A stretch of DNA of 64,000 bases from Candidatus Micrarchaeota archaeon (GTDB taxonomy: Archaea > Micrarchaeota > Micrarchaeia > Anstonellales > Bilamarchaeaceae), in NCBI GenBank assembly GCA_016212525.1, contig JACRGD010000007.1, positions 134,863-198,862 on the forward strand, given 5' to 3'. Every line of letters begins with the position of its first letter. Position 1 is the first letter of the stretch. Under the pieces are notes generated by a model that saw nothing but the letters and a program-made list of their open reading frames with translations, did no database searches and was not told the origin of the DNA. This document shows positions 19,364 to 28,803 of the stretch, one piece after another. The position numbers and the translations under genes were made by a program.

Positions 19364-21760
19364 ATGCTTAACCAAAGATATGATAAGACAATCGAGGAAA
19401 AATGGCAAAAGAACTGGGACGAGAAGCAAACATATAAGTTCGATGAAAAGGACACTAAAAAACCAGTCTATTCGATAGATACCCCGCCGCCGTTTACATC
19501 AGGCGAGCTGCACATGGGCCACGTTCTCTCATACAGCTTCATCGACTTCACAGCCCGGTACAAGAGGATGAAGGGATTCAACGTCTTTTATCCACAAGGA
19601 TGGGACAGCCAGGGATTCCCAACTGAAGTTAGGGTCGAAAAGAAATACGGCAGATTACCGCCAGTTCAGTTTAGGGAAAAATGCGTAGAATGGACAAATG
19701 AAATGATCGAACGTATGCGCACACAGATGCAGCAGATGGGATTTAGTGCAGACTGGAATCATCAGTATATAACAATGAAGCCGGATTATCACCGCAAAAT
19801 TCAGCTCTCATTAACTACAATGTATAAGGATAAACTGATTTATCGAGGCAAATATCCGGTTTTCTTCTGTCCCCGGTGCTCGAGTGCAGTTGCAAAATCA
19901 GAACTTGAAGACGAGCCGAAAAACGGCAATCTCAATTACATAAAATTCACAGGAGCAGGCAAGGATCTCATAATAGCAACAACACGACCGGAACTTATGC
20001 CAGCGTGTGTTGCGGTTCTGTATAACCCGACGGACGAGAGATACACAAAGTTAGAAGGAAAAATGATCACGACCGCACTTGGAAAGGAAGTTCCGCTTAT
20101 TGCAGATAAGGATGTGGAAAAAGAATTTGGAACGGGGCTTTTGATGGTCTGCACATACGGAGATAAGATGGATGTCATATGGCAGCACCGGCACAAATTA
20201 CCATTGATTGAACTTATCGATCACCACGGCAAGATGCAAAATGCAGGGGAATTAAATGGCCTTAAGATCGAAGAGGCACGCAAGAAAATACTCGAACTTC
20301 TTGGAGATAAAGTAGTAAAGAAAGAGCAGACATCGCAGACAGTAAAGGTTCACGATCGGTGCAAAACACCAGTGGAACTGCTCGCATCATATCAGTGGTT
20401 CGCAGATATTCGAAGCACGGCAAAGCGAATCAAGGAACTTGCCCAAAAGATAACCTGGATTCCTGATTTTGGAATTTCATATCTCATAGACTGGGTGGAG
20501 AATGCCGAGTGGGACTGGGTCATTTCAAGACAGCGGGTCTTTGGAACACCATTACCGTTTTATGTTTGTCAAAAATGCGGCAATACAAACTCAGTGGACG
20601 ATCTGGAACTGCCATTTTACCCAGAGAAAGCCAAGGGTAAAAAGTGCGAATGCGGAGAACCGATGACTCCTGAAACGAGCACCTGTGACTGCTGGGTGGA
20701 TTCAAGCATCACACCCATGATCATTGCCGGCTGGCCAGACAATATGGAAAGATTTTCCAGGTTGTATCCGGCATCGCTTCGGCCTCAGGGAGTCGAAATA
20801 GTCCGAACCTGGGCATTTTATACAATTCACCGCAGCGGACTGCTGACCCATTTACCGCCATTTAAATCGATCTTGCTTAACGGCAATGTGCTCGCACCAG
20901 ATGGCAAGAAGATGAGTAAATCGCTTGGCAATGTCATCTCGCCAACAGAGCTGCTCAAAGACTATCCGGCAGATTCTATTCGACAATGGGCCGCAATGTC
21001 AGGAGCAATGGCAAAGGATCGACCATTTAGCTACGAAGACATAAAATATGCCAAAAATTTCATTAACAAAATCTGGAACGCAGCCAGACTCATTGAAAAC
21101 ATAGTCGCAAAGCAAAAGGAGGAAGCTGCAAAAACAGGAGAGAAAATAGATAGATCAGAAGCAAAAAGCCCACCTGAATTAACCACGATCGATAAATGGA
21201 TCATTGGACGACTCAACCAAACCATAAGTGAGGTCGATGCGCACATGGAGAAATTTGAATTCCATTATGCCATTACAAAAATCCAGAGATTTTTCTGGTC
21301 TGATTTCTGTGATAATTACATAGAATATGTAAAACACCGGGCATATGGCACTGGAAACACACAAACAGCGGCGCTCTATACCCTTAGACACGTCCTAAGA
21401 CAGACCATGCTGCTTCTTGCACCCATAACCCCGCACCTGTGCGAAGAGATATCTCAGGCAGGGTTTGGAGAAATCAAATCGGTCCATCATGAAACATATC
21501 CCAAAGCAGGAGACACGTATGAACAGGAGTGCGCAAAACTTGCACCATTTAATGAAATAGTTTCGCAGATAAGACAACAGAAGGCAAAGGGCAAACTTGC
21601 TCAGAACGCCCCGCTTGAGAGTGTCCGCATTTCAACTCCAGAATTGTTAGACGAAGAATTATTGGCGGAACTTAAGGAAATCGCAAAGATACAAAAAATC
21701 GAGAACATTAAGGGGGAATTGGGAGTAATAAGTATCACCCAAGGACAGCAACCATCATAA
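19364..21760 (+). CDS. valS: Valyl-tRNA synthetase (archaeal type)
   Basis: DTPPPFTSGELHMGH (HIGH), WVISRQRVFG and KMSKS. Confidence 0.97.
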   Translation: MLNQRYDKTIEEKWQKNWDEKQTYKFDEKDTKKPVYSIDTPPPFTSGELHMGHVLSYSFIDFTARYKRMKGFNVFYPQGWDSQGFPTEVRVEKKYGRLPPVQFREKCVEWTNEMIERMRTQMQQMGFSADWNHQYITMKPDYHRKIQLSLTTMYKDKLIYRGKYPVFFCPRCSSAVAKSELEDEPKNGNLNYIKFTGAGKDLIIATTRPELMPACVAVLYNPTDERYTKLEGKMITTALGKEVPLIADKDVEKEFGTGLLMVCTYGDKMDVIWQHRHKLPLIELIDHHGKMQNAGELNGLKIEEARKKILELLGDKVVKKEQTSQTVKVHDRCKTPVELLASYQWFADIRSTAKRIKELAQKITWIPDFGISYLIDWVENAEWDWVISRQRVFGTPLPFYVCQKCGNTNSVDDLELPFYPEKAKGKKCECGEPMTPETSTCDCWVDSSITPMIIAGWPDNMERFSRLYPASLRPQGVEIVRTWAFYTIHRSGLLTHLPPFKSILLNGNVLAPDGKKMSKSLGNVISPTELLKDYPADSIRQWAAMSGAMAKDRPFSYEDIKYAKNFINKIWNAARLIENIVAKQKEEAAKTGEKIDRSEAKSPPELTTIDKWIIGRLNQTISEVDAHMEKFEFHYAITKIQRFFWSDFCDNYIEYVKHRAYGTGNTQTAALYTLRHVLRQTMLLLAPITPHLCEEISQAGFGEIKSVHHETYPKAGDTYEQECAKLAPFNEIVSQIRQQKAKGKLAQNAPLESVRISTPELLDEELLAELKEIAKIQKIENIKGELGVISITQGQQPS

Positions 21761-22984
21761 TTGGGGGCGAGCAGCACGAATCAGATTCCGAACATAGAGA
21801 GTGCAAAGCCCGACCACAGCAGCAACAGCCGCATAATCTCCAGAATCACCATAGAGCCTAAGTAAAACATCGTTCCTAATTGAAAGAACCCTGGACCGTA
21901 ACTCAGACTTGCGACCAATGAGCAGAGAAATATCGTCCGGGTCAGATATGGAGGCAAGTTTGCACAGCACAGGCACAAACGCATTGCTATTATTTTTTAC
22001 GGGAAGCGCAAAAAGTTCTTTTGGAGGGAGCTTCAAAAGAGCAGATGAGATAGAATCGCAAAGAGCATCAACCCTGGGTTTTATGCATCTAGAGGGCACA
22101 AAACTAAGTTCAGAAGTAGAGAGGAACTCATTAGTAAGCGCAGGATTGTTGGTTTCGATTATACCTCCTCTTGAGCGGGCAATCTGGGCAGCAACAGATA
22201 CTACAGAGGCAAGCTGACCCACATTGCCCTTAAGCAAATCGCAATGCGCAACTAAATAAGCGAGTGCAGAATCCGAAATCCCAATAGGCTCAAACCTCGA
22301 ACGTGGATCACTTGAAAGAAAATGATTTACCAAATCAGGAACGTCCTCGGGCCGATCTTTGAGCGAAGGCATGCGAATTCTCAAATCTGCAAGGCGGCGA
22401 AGTAAATCGAACCTAAAACCACCCGAAGGAGTATCTACCGGGCGATTGGTAGCACAGAGAAAACGAACGTCCAGCTCATCTTCGGTTGTTGCACCAACAC
22501 GCCGGACGCGCCGGGTTTCAACAGCAGTAATTATACGGGCCTGGGTTTCGCAAGAAAGGTCTCCTAATTCATCAAGAAAAAGCGTTCCCTCATTAGCAGC
22601 ATGGAAAAGGCCGGGCCGATCAGTAGTAGCTCCAGTATATGAACCCTTTACCACGCCAAAAAGTTCGCCAGAGGCAAGGGAATCAGTAAGAGATCCACAG
22701 GTAACTGATACAAAAGAACCCGCACGCTCACTCTCATTATGAATAAATCGGGCCAGATGAGTCTTACCAGTCCCCGTTTCACCAAAAATAACAATTGAAA
22801 GACGGGACTTTGCAACCTCACAAACAAGTCTTCTTAATCCTTCGATGGCAGGACTATGACCAACTAGAACCGCCGGAAGCTTAAGAGGTGTATCTTTAGT
22901 GCACTTTCCATTAGTGCCAGAAGCCGCAAAGACCATGACAGAAATATTAGTCGCAATAAGTATATAAAAGAGACTAATCATCAC
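21755..22984 (-). CDS. Sigma54-type enhancer-binding AAA+ family protein (degenerate) with C-terminal Fis-like HTH
   Basis: GETGTGKT, ELFGVVKGSYTGA (GAFTGA variant), GTLFLDELGDL, RFLCATN, GFRFDLLRRL and GNVGQL. Start may be the ATG at 22936. Confidence 0.88.
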   Translation of the reverse strand: MMISLFYILIATNISVMVFAASGTNGKCTKDTPLKLPAVLVGHSPAIEGLRRLVCEVAKSRLSIVIFGETGTGKTHLARFIHNESERAGSFVSVTCGSLTDSLASGELFGVVKGSYTGATTDRPGLFHAANEGTLFLDELGDLSCETQARIITAVETRRVRRVGATTEDELDVRFLCATNRPVDTPSGGFRFDLLRRLADLRIRMPSLKDRPEDVPDLVNHFLSSDPRSRFEPIGISDSALAYLVAHCDLLKGNVGQLASVVSVAAQIARSRGGIIETNNPALTNEFLSTSELSFVPSRCIKPRVDALCDSISSALLKLPPKELFALPVKNNSNAFVPVLCKLASISDPDDISLLIGRKSELRSRVLSIRNDVLLRLYGDSGDYAAVAAVVGLCTLYVRNLIRAARPQL

Positions 22985-23072
22985 CCTAAGGCACGAATAA
23001 ATAAGAGCAAAGCCATAAAAACAAAATAGATCAAAGTATTCTCAAAACTCATTTTCCGTTAATGGTGAAAAT

Positions 23073-23357
23073 ATGAATGTTAGTGAACTTACCGCAGGAA
23101 CTGGAAGCGTTACGCTGGAATTAGAAGTAGTCTCAGTAGAAGAACCAAGAGAGATCAATAAAATGGGCAGAACACTTAAAGTAGCAAATGCTACAGTCAA
23201 AGATGATTCTGGTGAAATAACCCTTGTTTTGTGGAATAAAGACGTAGGTACCATAAAAGCAGGAGACAAAATCAAGATCGAAAACGGATACGTAAGTGAA
23301 TGGCAGAACAAACCACAGCTAACTACCGGCAAATTCGGAAAACTCACAGTTCTCTGA
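23073..23357 (+). CDS. ssb: Single OB-fold ssDNA-binding protein
   Basis: KVANATVKDDSGEITLVLW and GDKIKIENGYV, single-OB archaeal SSB/RPA type. Confidence 0.85.
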   Translation: MNVSELTAGTGSVTLELEVVSVEEPREINKMGRTLKVANATVKDDSGEITLVLWNKDVGTIKAGDKIKIENGYVSEWQNKPQLTTGKFGKLTVL

Positions 23358-23414
23358 AAAAATCACAGATCAGCTCCAAAAACTGATCTTTATTCATTCT
23401 TTCATTTATCAATA

Positions 23415-24479
23415 TTAACAAATATTTTTCGAGTTTTCAAAATTATCATACGTATATGGGCACATTCCAGCATAGCATTCAAAATCATCAGTTGTAGGAC
23501 AGTAAAAATCTCGAACATAGGAACCATGTGACTCACAAGTAGAAGTTCCAAAATGATCCATATTCCCATTGTCCCCGAAATGATGCATAATCTCGTGAAT
23601 TATAGTCGTAATCGTAAAGATCGAATTATCAGAAGCATAGTAATCATCAATCAGATTTTTGCACATATAATAGCCATTTCGCGCTACGCATGGAGTATCC
23701 GGCTGATTCCTGCATTCCCCACCGAGGGACGTATCGCTCGTATGATTTCCATTCGAATCATAACCGCAGGCCCCAAATTTATGATTCCAATCCACTAAAC
23801 TCCCATAAATAAGATTAGACTGTTCTTTGTATGAAAAGGAGTTGCAATAATTTGTAACATCATAAAGACCAGGTGCAATACTCCAAGCACACCCCCCATT
23901 GTTCTTTGCGCAATCGGGCAAATGAGAAAAGAAAACAAATCCATTTGCAGAATTTGTTAATTCGGAATTCTCTTTAAGCAATGTACCAGTTATAGTGTCG
24001 AGATCCTCGATTTTCGAGAGTGAAATGTGCCAGATTTTTATGACGTTTATATTCGTGCAGGTAATATTGAAAAGCAGATCGCCAGCTTGATTAAAATAGG
24101 CATAAAGTTCACCATCAGTTACGGAATAAGAATTATCATCCATAAATACTAGCATATTAAAAGTTCGTGACTTTTCGCAGGATTTTAATGCGACACAATG
24201 ATTAGCCCTACATTCAAATCCGCCAGAGCAAGAAGGATTATTGAACTGACAGCCCTGACTTAGAACGCAGGAATTGTTTACACAGGTGAAATTAGTATCA
24301 CATGACGGATTATCATAAGCACAACCAGTCGAGAGATTAGTCATAATAATCGGAACCGATTGATTTATCTGCGACACGCTAGGGGCAGATACGTTATAAC
24401 TGGGAGGGATAGATTCTTTGACACAGCCACTAAGGAGAATAAATGTTACTAGAAACAAACCAACCAACCAAATACGCAT
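23415..24479 (-). CDS. Secreted Cys-rich putative zinc metallopeptidase
   Basis: Signal ending LLSGC, Cys-rich repeats, and an HEIMHHFG..H zincin motif. Confidence 0.7.
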   Translation of the reverse strand: MRIWLVGLFLVTFILLSGCVKESIPPSYNVSAPSVSQINQSVPIIMTNLSTGCAYDNPSCDTNFTCVNNSCVLSQGCQFNNPSCSGGFECRANHCVALKSCEKSRTFNMLVFMDDNSYSVTDGELYAYFNQAGDLLFNITCTNINVIKIWHISLSKIEDLDTITGTLLKENSELTNSANGFVFFSHLPDCAKNNGGCAWSIAPGLYDVTNYCNSFSYKEQSNLIYGSLVDWNHKFGACGYDSNGNHTSDTSLGGECRNQPDTPCVARNGYYMCKNLIDDYYASDNSIFTITTIIHEIMHHFGDNGNMDHFGTSTCESHGSYVRDFYCPTTDDFECYAGMCPYTYDNFENSKNIC

Positions 24480-24547
24480 TTTGTACCCTCAGCTAGTTAA
24501 GAACAAAAAGTAATAAAACCAGGAGACAAATAAACTCCGACAAACGA

Positions 24548-24940
24548 TCATTGGCTAATTGAAACTACACCAGCCTCATTTTCAACAATTACTTTCCCGG
24601 AATTAAGATCAAGCGAATCTGGAGAAATAGCGCAGGCTAACTCCCGGGTCTGGCGGACACTTTGATCGGATTTAAGACGAAGAGAAACGATTCGATCAGT
24701 GGAGGAAGAAACCAACGAAATGGGAGCTGACAGATAAACAGTTTGTCGTGATAGACTGCCGCCAGCACAAACGGTCGAAAGAGCAGTAAACAAAGTCGAT
24801 GCATCTTTTTCAAAAGAAGCCTGGCCGATCATATCATTGGAAGTCGATTTGAGACTTCCGAGCGAGTAGATAGAAAGGATAAGAAAGGAAACAGAAATTA
24901 AAGAAAGAAAAAGAAATTCGAGGGTCAGTTGGCCCTTCAT
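24548..24940 (-). CDS. Class III signal peptide (pilin-like) protein
   Basis: MKGQLTLEFLFLSLI: K-G/Q cleavage site with E at +5 and a hydrophobic helix. Confidence 0.8.
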   Translation of the reverse strand: MKGQLTLEFLFLSLISVSFLILSIYSLGSLKSTSNDMIGQASFEKDASTLFTALSTVCAGGSLSRQTVYLSAPISLVSSSTDRIVSLRLKSDQSVRQTRELACAISPDSLDLNSGKVIVENEAGVVSISQ

Positions 24941-24952
24941 CAGAACACCGAA

Positions 24953-25720
24953 TTATCGGATGTATGATGTCGCGCCTTTGGCAGAGCTGTCATACTGAGT
25001 TTCGATGCTCTTTTTGAGATCTGCTTCGACCTTTTTTATGACCTTTTTGCTCTCTTCGGCTTTTTCATCGAGTCGCTTGAGGTTGATCGTAAGATCGAGA
25101 TATTTAGCTAAGAGCTGAACGATTCCCCTTGCAGAAACACTATCAACATATCCGCCATGAGTTTCGCCCATTATGCATGAGCCTGGAATTCCGCGCAATG
25201 AACCAAGAGCAGGAAGAAGACCAGCAGCCCCTACAATAGAGCCTTTTGCCTCACCGAAAATGACACCCATTTTCTCGAATTTTGCGCGAAGCTGCTCGGA
25301 AGTAGTAACTGCGAAAATCCGGCGATTATCTGAGATTTTTCCAGTGCTATATCCACCGACAGTAAGAATTTCGGTAACTCCCCATTTCTGGAGATAGTCT
25401 AGCATTTTACCGGCTACTTCGTATTGGCCAACAGAATTGATGGCCTGAACGTCGCCAACAAGAATTATGACATCGCGCTTCTTTCCCTTAAAGAGGAAAA
25501 AACTGTTTTTTATGAGTCTGATTTTTCCCTTTTTGGTCATGAAAACCTGATGTGGAAAATGAGGAGAGATTAAACTTGCGAGTTTCGGGGCTTTGAGTTC
25601 TTCAACCAGGTATCTTCCGACAACCTGACCGATAAGACCGATTCCGGGAAGACCCGTAATTAGAATAGGATTTTTTAGTTTCTTTTCTTTAAGTTTTTCA
25701 AGAATTACTGTTTCTTTCAT
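24953..25720 (-). CDS. Proteasome assembly chaperone PAC2 family protein
   Basis: ILITGLPGIGLIG, HFPHQV and GSCIMGETHG; canonical position after Nop10. Confidence 0.92.
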   Translation of the reverse strand: MKETVILEKLKEKKLKNPILITGLPGIGLIGQVVGRYLVEELKAPKLASLISPHFPHQVFMTKKGKIRLIKNSFFLFKGKKRDVIILVGDVQAINSVGQYEVAGKMLDYLQKWGVTEILTVGGYSTGKISDNRRIFAVTTSEQLRAKFEKMGVIFGEAKGSIVGAAGLLPALGSLRGIPGSCIMGETHGGYVDSVSARGIVQLLAKYLDLTINLKRLDEKAEESKKVIKKVEADLKKSIETQYDSSAKGATSYIR

Positions 25721-25791
25721 AGGGAGGCACCTGTGGTTAGTAGTTATGATTTTAGGGGATATATAAAGGTATTTAATCGGAAGAAAGAATA

Positions 25792-25947
25792 CTAGAAAGC
25801 ATCCGGATAGTTTATCTTTCGTCTAATCTCTGCGAACCGGTCGTTCGGATTGTATTTTGGAGGATGGGCAGAGACAGACATCTGATCGCAGTGAATTTCA
25901 AGAAGAGTATATTTTTTACAAATCTTGCAAAAGCGAATCTTTTTCAT
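25792..25947 (-). CDS. nop10: H/ACA RNP protein Nop10
   Basis: Manual translation MKKIRFCKICKKYTLLEIHCDQMSVSAHPPKYNPNDRFAEIRRKINYPDAF (51 aa, below the track cutoff), lying between aIF2a and PAC2. Confidence 0.93.
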   Translation of the reverse strand: MKKIRFCKICKKYTLLEIHCDQMSVSAHPPKYNPNDRFAEIRRKINYPDAF

Positions 25948-26079
25948 ATAGGCAGCACCAGATTATTTCTGACCAAAGGTTCTATATTTTTTGGTTTCGA
26001 TATTTTTCCATATTCTGAGCATCCATTATCATCAGAGGAGTGGAGCAAACAAAGAAACAGAAGAACCAGGAGAGAAGGA

Positions 26080-26892
26080 TTATTTCTCCCGATCAGAAGT
26101 GAAATCGCAGGTCTTTGAATCAAGCGAATCCTGGATTTTCTGGACAATCTGATTCATTTTCTTCTCGCCACTCTTGTAGTCAGGAGCAGTAAGAGAAAGC
26201 TTGTATCGTGGAGCGCCAAGGTAGTGAATCGAAACACCTTCAATCGAAAGAGCATTTTTAATTTCGTCAATGCCCTTTGGACCATAACAGGTTATTGTAA
26301 TAGAAGATTCGATAGTAACAGATGCTTTTTTGATACTCTTTTTTGCCAGTTCAAGTGCAGCAGCAACGAACTTGGCTGGAAGACCCAGTTTCTCAGCACT
26401 TTTTTCGCCCTTAGCACTTAGGTCCTTAAAGAATGAGTAAACATCACCATATTCAGCTTCGATTGAACTTTGCCACTTAGGATCGAGCTTAAGGCCCGAT
26501 TCCTTAACTGCAAGTTCAAAGAGTTTCTTGCCGCGCTTTTCATTCTGGACGAATTCGAGCTTGAGTTTTTTTTCTTCTTCATTAACACGCTTGATCGAGA
26601 CATCGACCTGATTCTTTTCCCGATCGACATGGTGAACCTTAACTACGTGTTGCTGACCCTCGGAAATAAATTCATGAATATTTTTAATCCATCTTGGAGC
26701 AACTTCGGAAACATGAAGAAATGCTTCTAAGTTTCCATATTCAGGAAGAGTACAGAACGCCCCATAGGGCATAATTTTTTTGATTATTGCGATTACCAGC
26801 TCGTTTTCATCAGGAAGAGAAATCGGAACTGGTTTTACAGTTGTAGCCGGAGCCGCAGGAGGAGTCGGAGGAGGAGAAGCGATCGTATTCAC
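26080..26892 (-). CDS. eif2a: Translation initiation factor aIF2 alpha subunit
   Basis: S1 domain YGAFCTLPEY..FLHVSEV, VDVSIKRV and YLGAPRYKL; GTG start. Confidence 0.96.
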   Translation of the reverse strand: MNTIASPPPTPPAAPATTVKPVPISLPDENELVIAIIKKIMPYGAFCTLPEYGNLEAFLHVSEVAPRWIKNIHEFISEGQQHVVKVHHVDREKNQVDVSIKRVNEEEKKLKLEFVQNEKRGKKLFELAVKESGLKLDPKWQSSIEAEYGDVYSFFKDLSAKGEKSAEKLGLPAKFVAAALELAKKSIKKASVTIESSITITCYGPKGIDEIKNALSIEGVSIHYLGAPRYKLSLTAPDYKSGEKKMNQIVQKIQDSLDSKTCDFTSDREK

Positions 26893-26902
26893 CTAGGAGA
26901 AA

Positions 26903-27067
26903 TTACTCCATCTCCTTGACGATCTTGCCCTTTATTATTGCCCGTCCGCCAGTTGGAAATACAAAGGTCTGACCCTTTGAATCCTTAACTGGAGAAGATG
27001 CGTGGCTGTAAACTACTTTCTGTTCTCCGCTTTCGGTTTCTACCAATAAAAATTTTCCTTGTGTCAT
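26903..27067 (-). CDS. rps27e: 30S ribosomal protein S27e (no zinc-binding cysteines)
   Basis: Manual translation MTQGKFLLVETESGEQKVVYSHASSPVKDSKGQTFVFPTGGRAIIKGKIVKEME; the PTGG motif and the position between L44e and aIF2a fit S27e. Confidence 0.9.
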   Translation of the reverse strand: MTQGKFLLVETESGEQKVVYSHASSPVKDSKGQTFVFPTGGRAIIKGKIVKEME

Positions 27068-27095
27068 TTTTCATTACCCCTATTTTAAGATAAAA

Positions 27096-27377
27096 TTACT
27101 GCTTGAATTCAAGCTTCTTAGTTGTTCTTCCACCGATAGTTCGGTCCTGCTTTTTGTTGCACTTAGAGCAGTGTAAAAGAACCTTAACTCGTTTACCCTG
27201 TTTCTTAACAGACTTCTTACCAGATCTTTTGCTACCGTGGCCAAAAAGGCTTCGCTCGTGTGAACGAGTACCGATCGCAAGAGTTCTTGCTCTTCCCTTA
27301 CTGGAGTTTTTCACCTTATGAAGTTGGTGGGATTTGCAATAAGGACAATACGCATTTATTTCCTTTGGAAATTTCAT
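27096..27377 (-). CDS. rpl44e: 50S ribosomal protein L44e
   Basis: MKFPKEINAYCPYCKSH and CSKC zinc ribbon. Confidence 0.95.
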   Translation of the reverse strand: MKFPKEINAYCPYCKSHQLHKVKNSSKGRARTLAIGTRSHERSLFGHGSKRSGKKSVKKQGKRVKVLLHCSKCNKKQDRTIGGRTTKKLEFKQ

Positions 27378-27390
27378 CTCATATCACCAT

Positions 27391-27903
27391 TCAGATTAAT
27401 TGGGCAAGTTTTGCCTTAAGCAGCCATTCAGCTTCGACCTTTGGAAGGACCTGTTCAGAACCTGCTGAATACGGACCGTAGACGGAATTGTCAAGGCCTT
27501 TATATTGAGCTACGTCCTGAACCAATTTAACACGCAAGGAATCATCTGGCGTGCTGGATTCATTATCCCACGAGGATCGAATTGACTGACGTGATTTATC
27601 TATTATTAAGGAGAGCTCTTTTAATAGTTCCTTTTCCTCTTTTGTGATACCCTCGAGAGCGAAATCTCCGCGAAGGGCCAAAAGCACCAATTTCTCTTCG
27701 CGCTTTGACTGGACACCAAGAACGATCTTGCGCAGATTCTCGTACTCCTTTATAGTAACAAGAGACTTTGAATTTATTGCTTCCTGTTTTTTAAGAGCAA
27801 GGAATGTTGAGAGAGTCTGATAAAAATCTTCTGGAAGCGAAACTATGGCCGAAGATTCGAGCTCCCGCTTTTGAATGTCACGTATTTGAGCATAAGTAGT
27901 CAT
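27391..27903 (-). CDS. DNA replication complex GINS subunit (Gins51/Gins15-like)
   Basis: Helical A domain with LPEDFY, B domain YKGLDNSVYGPY..LPKVEAEWL; canonical position upstream of L44e. Confidence 0.85.
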   Translation of the reverse strand: MTTYAQIRDIQKRELESSAIVSLPEDFYQTLSTFLALKKQEAINSKSLVTIKEYENLRKIVLGVQSKREEKLVLLALRGDFALEGITKEEKELLKELSLIIDKSRQSIRSSWDNESSTPDDSLRVKLVQDVAQYKGLDNSVYGPYSAGSEQVLPKVEAEWLLKAKLAQLI

Positions 27904-27984
27904 TTAACCCCCCGCAATAGATCGTACACGGGAAAATTTATACCTAGAGCATTGCTCTCGATGAATTGATAACCACAAAAAAAC

Positions 27985-28713
27985 TCAATCTACAAGTTTG
28001 CGTCTGGATTTGGGATTTTTAGGGTCTCTCATAAGCCCCTCAATTTCTGGCCCGAACTCTTTGTCTTGAGCAGAACCTGCAGAAGATTTGACGATGGGCG
28101 TAGTGCGTTTAGCTGGAGCTTCTTTTTTCTCTGATTCGGAATTCTTTTCTGATTTTTCGGATTTCTCAGATGGTCGGGCGAGCATCGCACCGCCAGGAGA
28201 CATTGCCACGATTTCGGGCGATTTACGTTTTGCCTCTGCTTTTTTATCACCAGAAACGCGGGAAATGATAGATTGAACGAACGATTCTTTTTTCTTCTGC
28301 TCAATTGCCTCATAGGGAACTGTTGCTCCGCCCTTATCCGGCGGACTTCCGATCGTGTCCCAAAGCGCTTTTCCATCATCATAACATCTTCGACAGAATC
28401 GTTTGCCGTTCCAGATGAAAACTTCTTTGAGTTCTTTGCCGCAGCGCTCGCACTGTTCGTTTTTTACAATGACTTGTTCGTGATGAGATTCGTGTGAATC
28501 TTCTTTTCTAGTAGTTTCGCGAAGATCCTGAACACAATATGGACAGTAGAACTGACCCCGGTATTGTTGGAGTTCGGTTCGGGGAATGTACATCCTGCAC
28601 CGGTAGCACTGCTCGTTATTGCCATAGAAAATGCAGGATGAGCAGTAGCCCAATCCGTCCGATGCGAATTCTAATTCTCGTTTAGAGCCACATCGGGAGC
28701 AGGAATTTTCCAT
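27985..28713 (-). CDS. Multi-CxxC zinc-finger hypothetical protein with charged disordered tail
   Basis: Six CxxC pairs (CSRC, CSSC, CYRC, CPYC, CERC, CRRC). Confidence 0.75.
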   Translation of the reverse strand: MENSCSRCGSKRELEFASDGLGYCSSCIFYGNNEQCYRCRMYIPRTELQQYRGQFYCPYCVQDLRETTRKEDSHESHHEQVIVKNEQCERCGKELKEVFIWNGKRFCRRCYDDGKALWDTIGSPPDKGGATVPYEAIEQKKKESFVQSIISRVSGDKKAEAKRKSPEIVAMSPGGAMLARPSEKSEKSEKNSESEKKEAPAKRTTPIVKSSAGSAQDKEFGPEIEGLMRDPKNPKSRRKLVD

Positions 28714-28803
28714 AACAGTTCACTTGGAAGAGGAGGGTTAAAAAGAAATCGTCAGGCATGAATTAACAGTCACAGCGAATCAGCACGCCAACGAATAACA
28801 GAA

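Noticed and set aside
25944-26147. 67-aa ORF between aIF2a and Nop10
   Set aside because: It overlaps the aIF2a 3' end by 68 nt and has no motif. Its stop overlaps the Nop10 start, but that alone is too weak.
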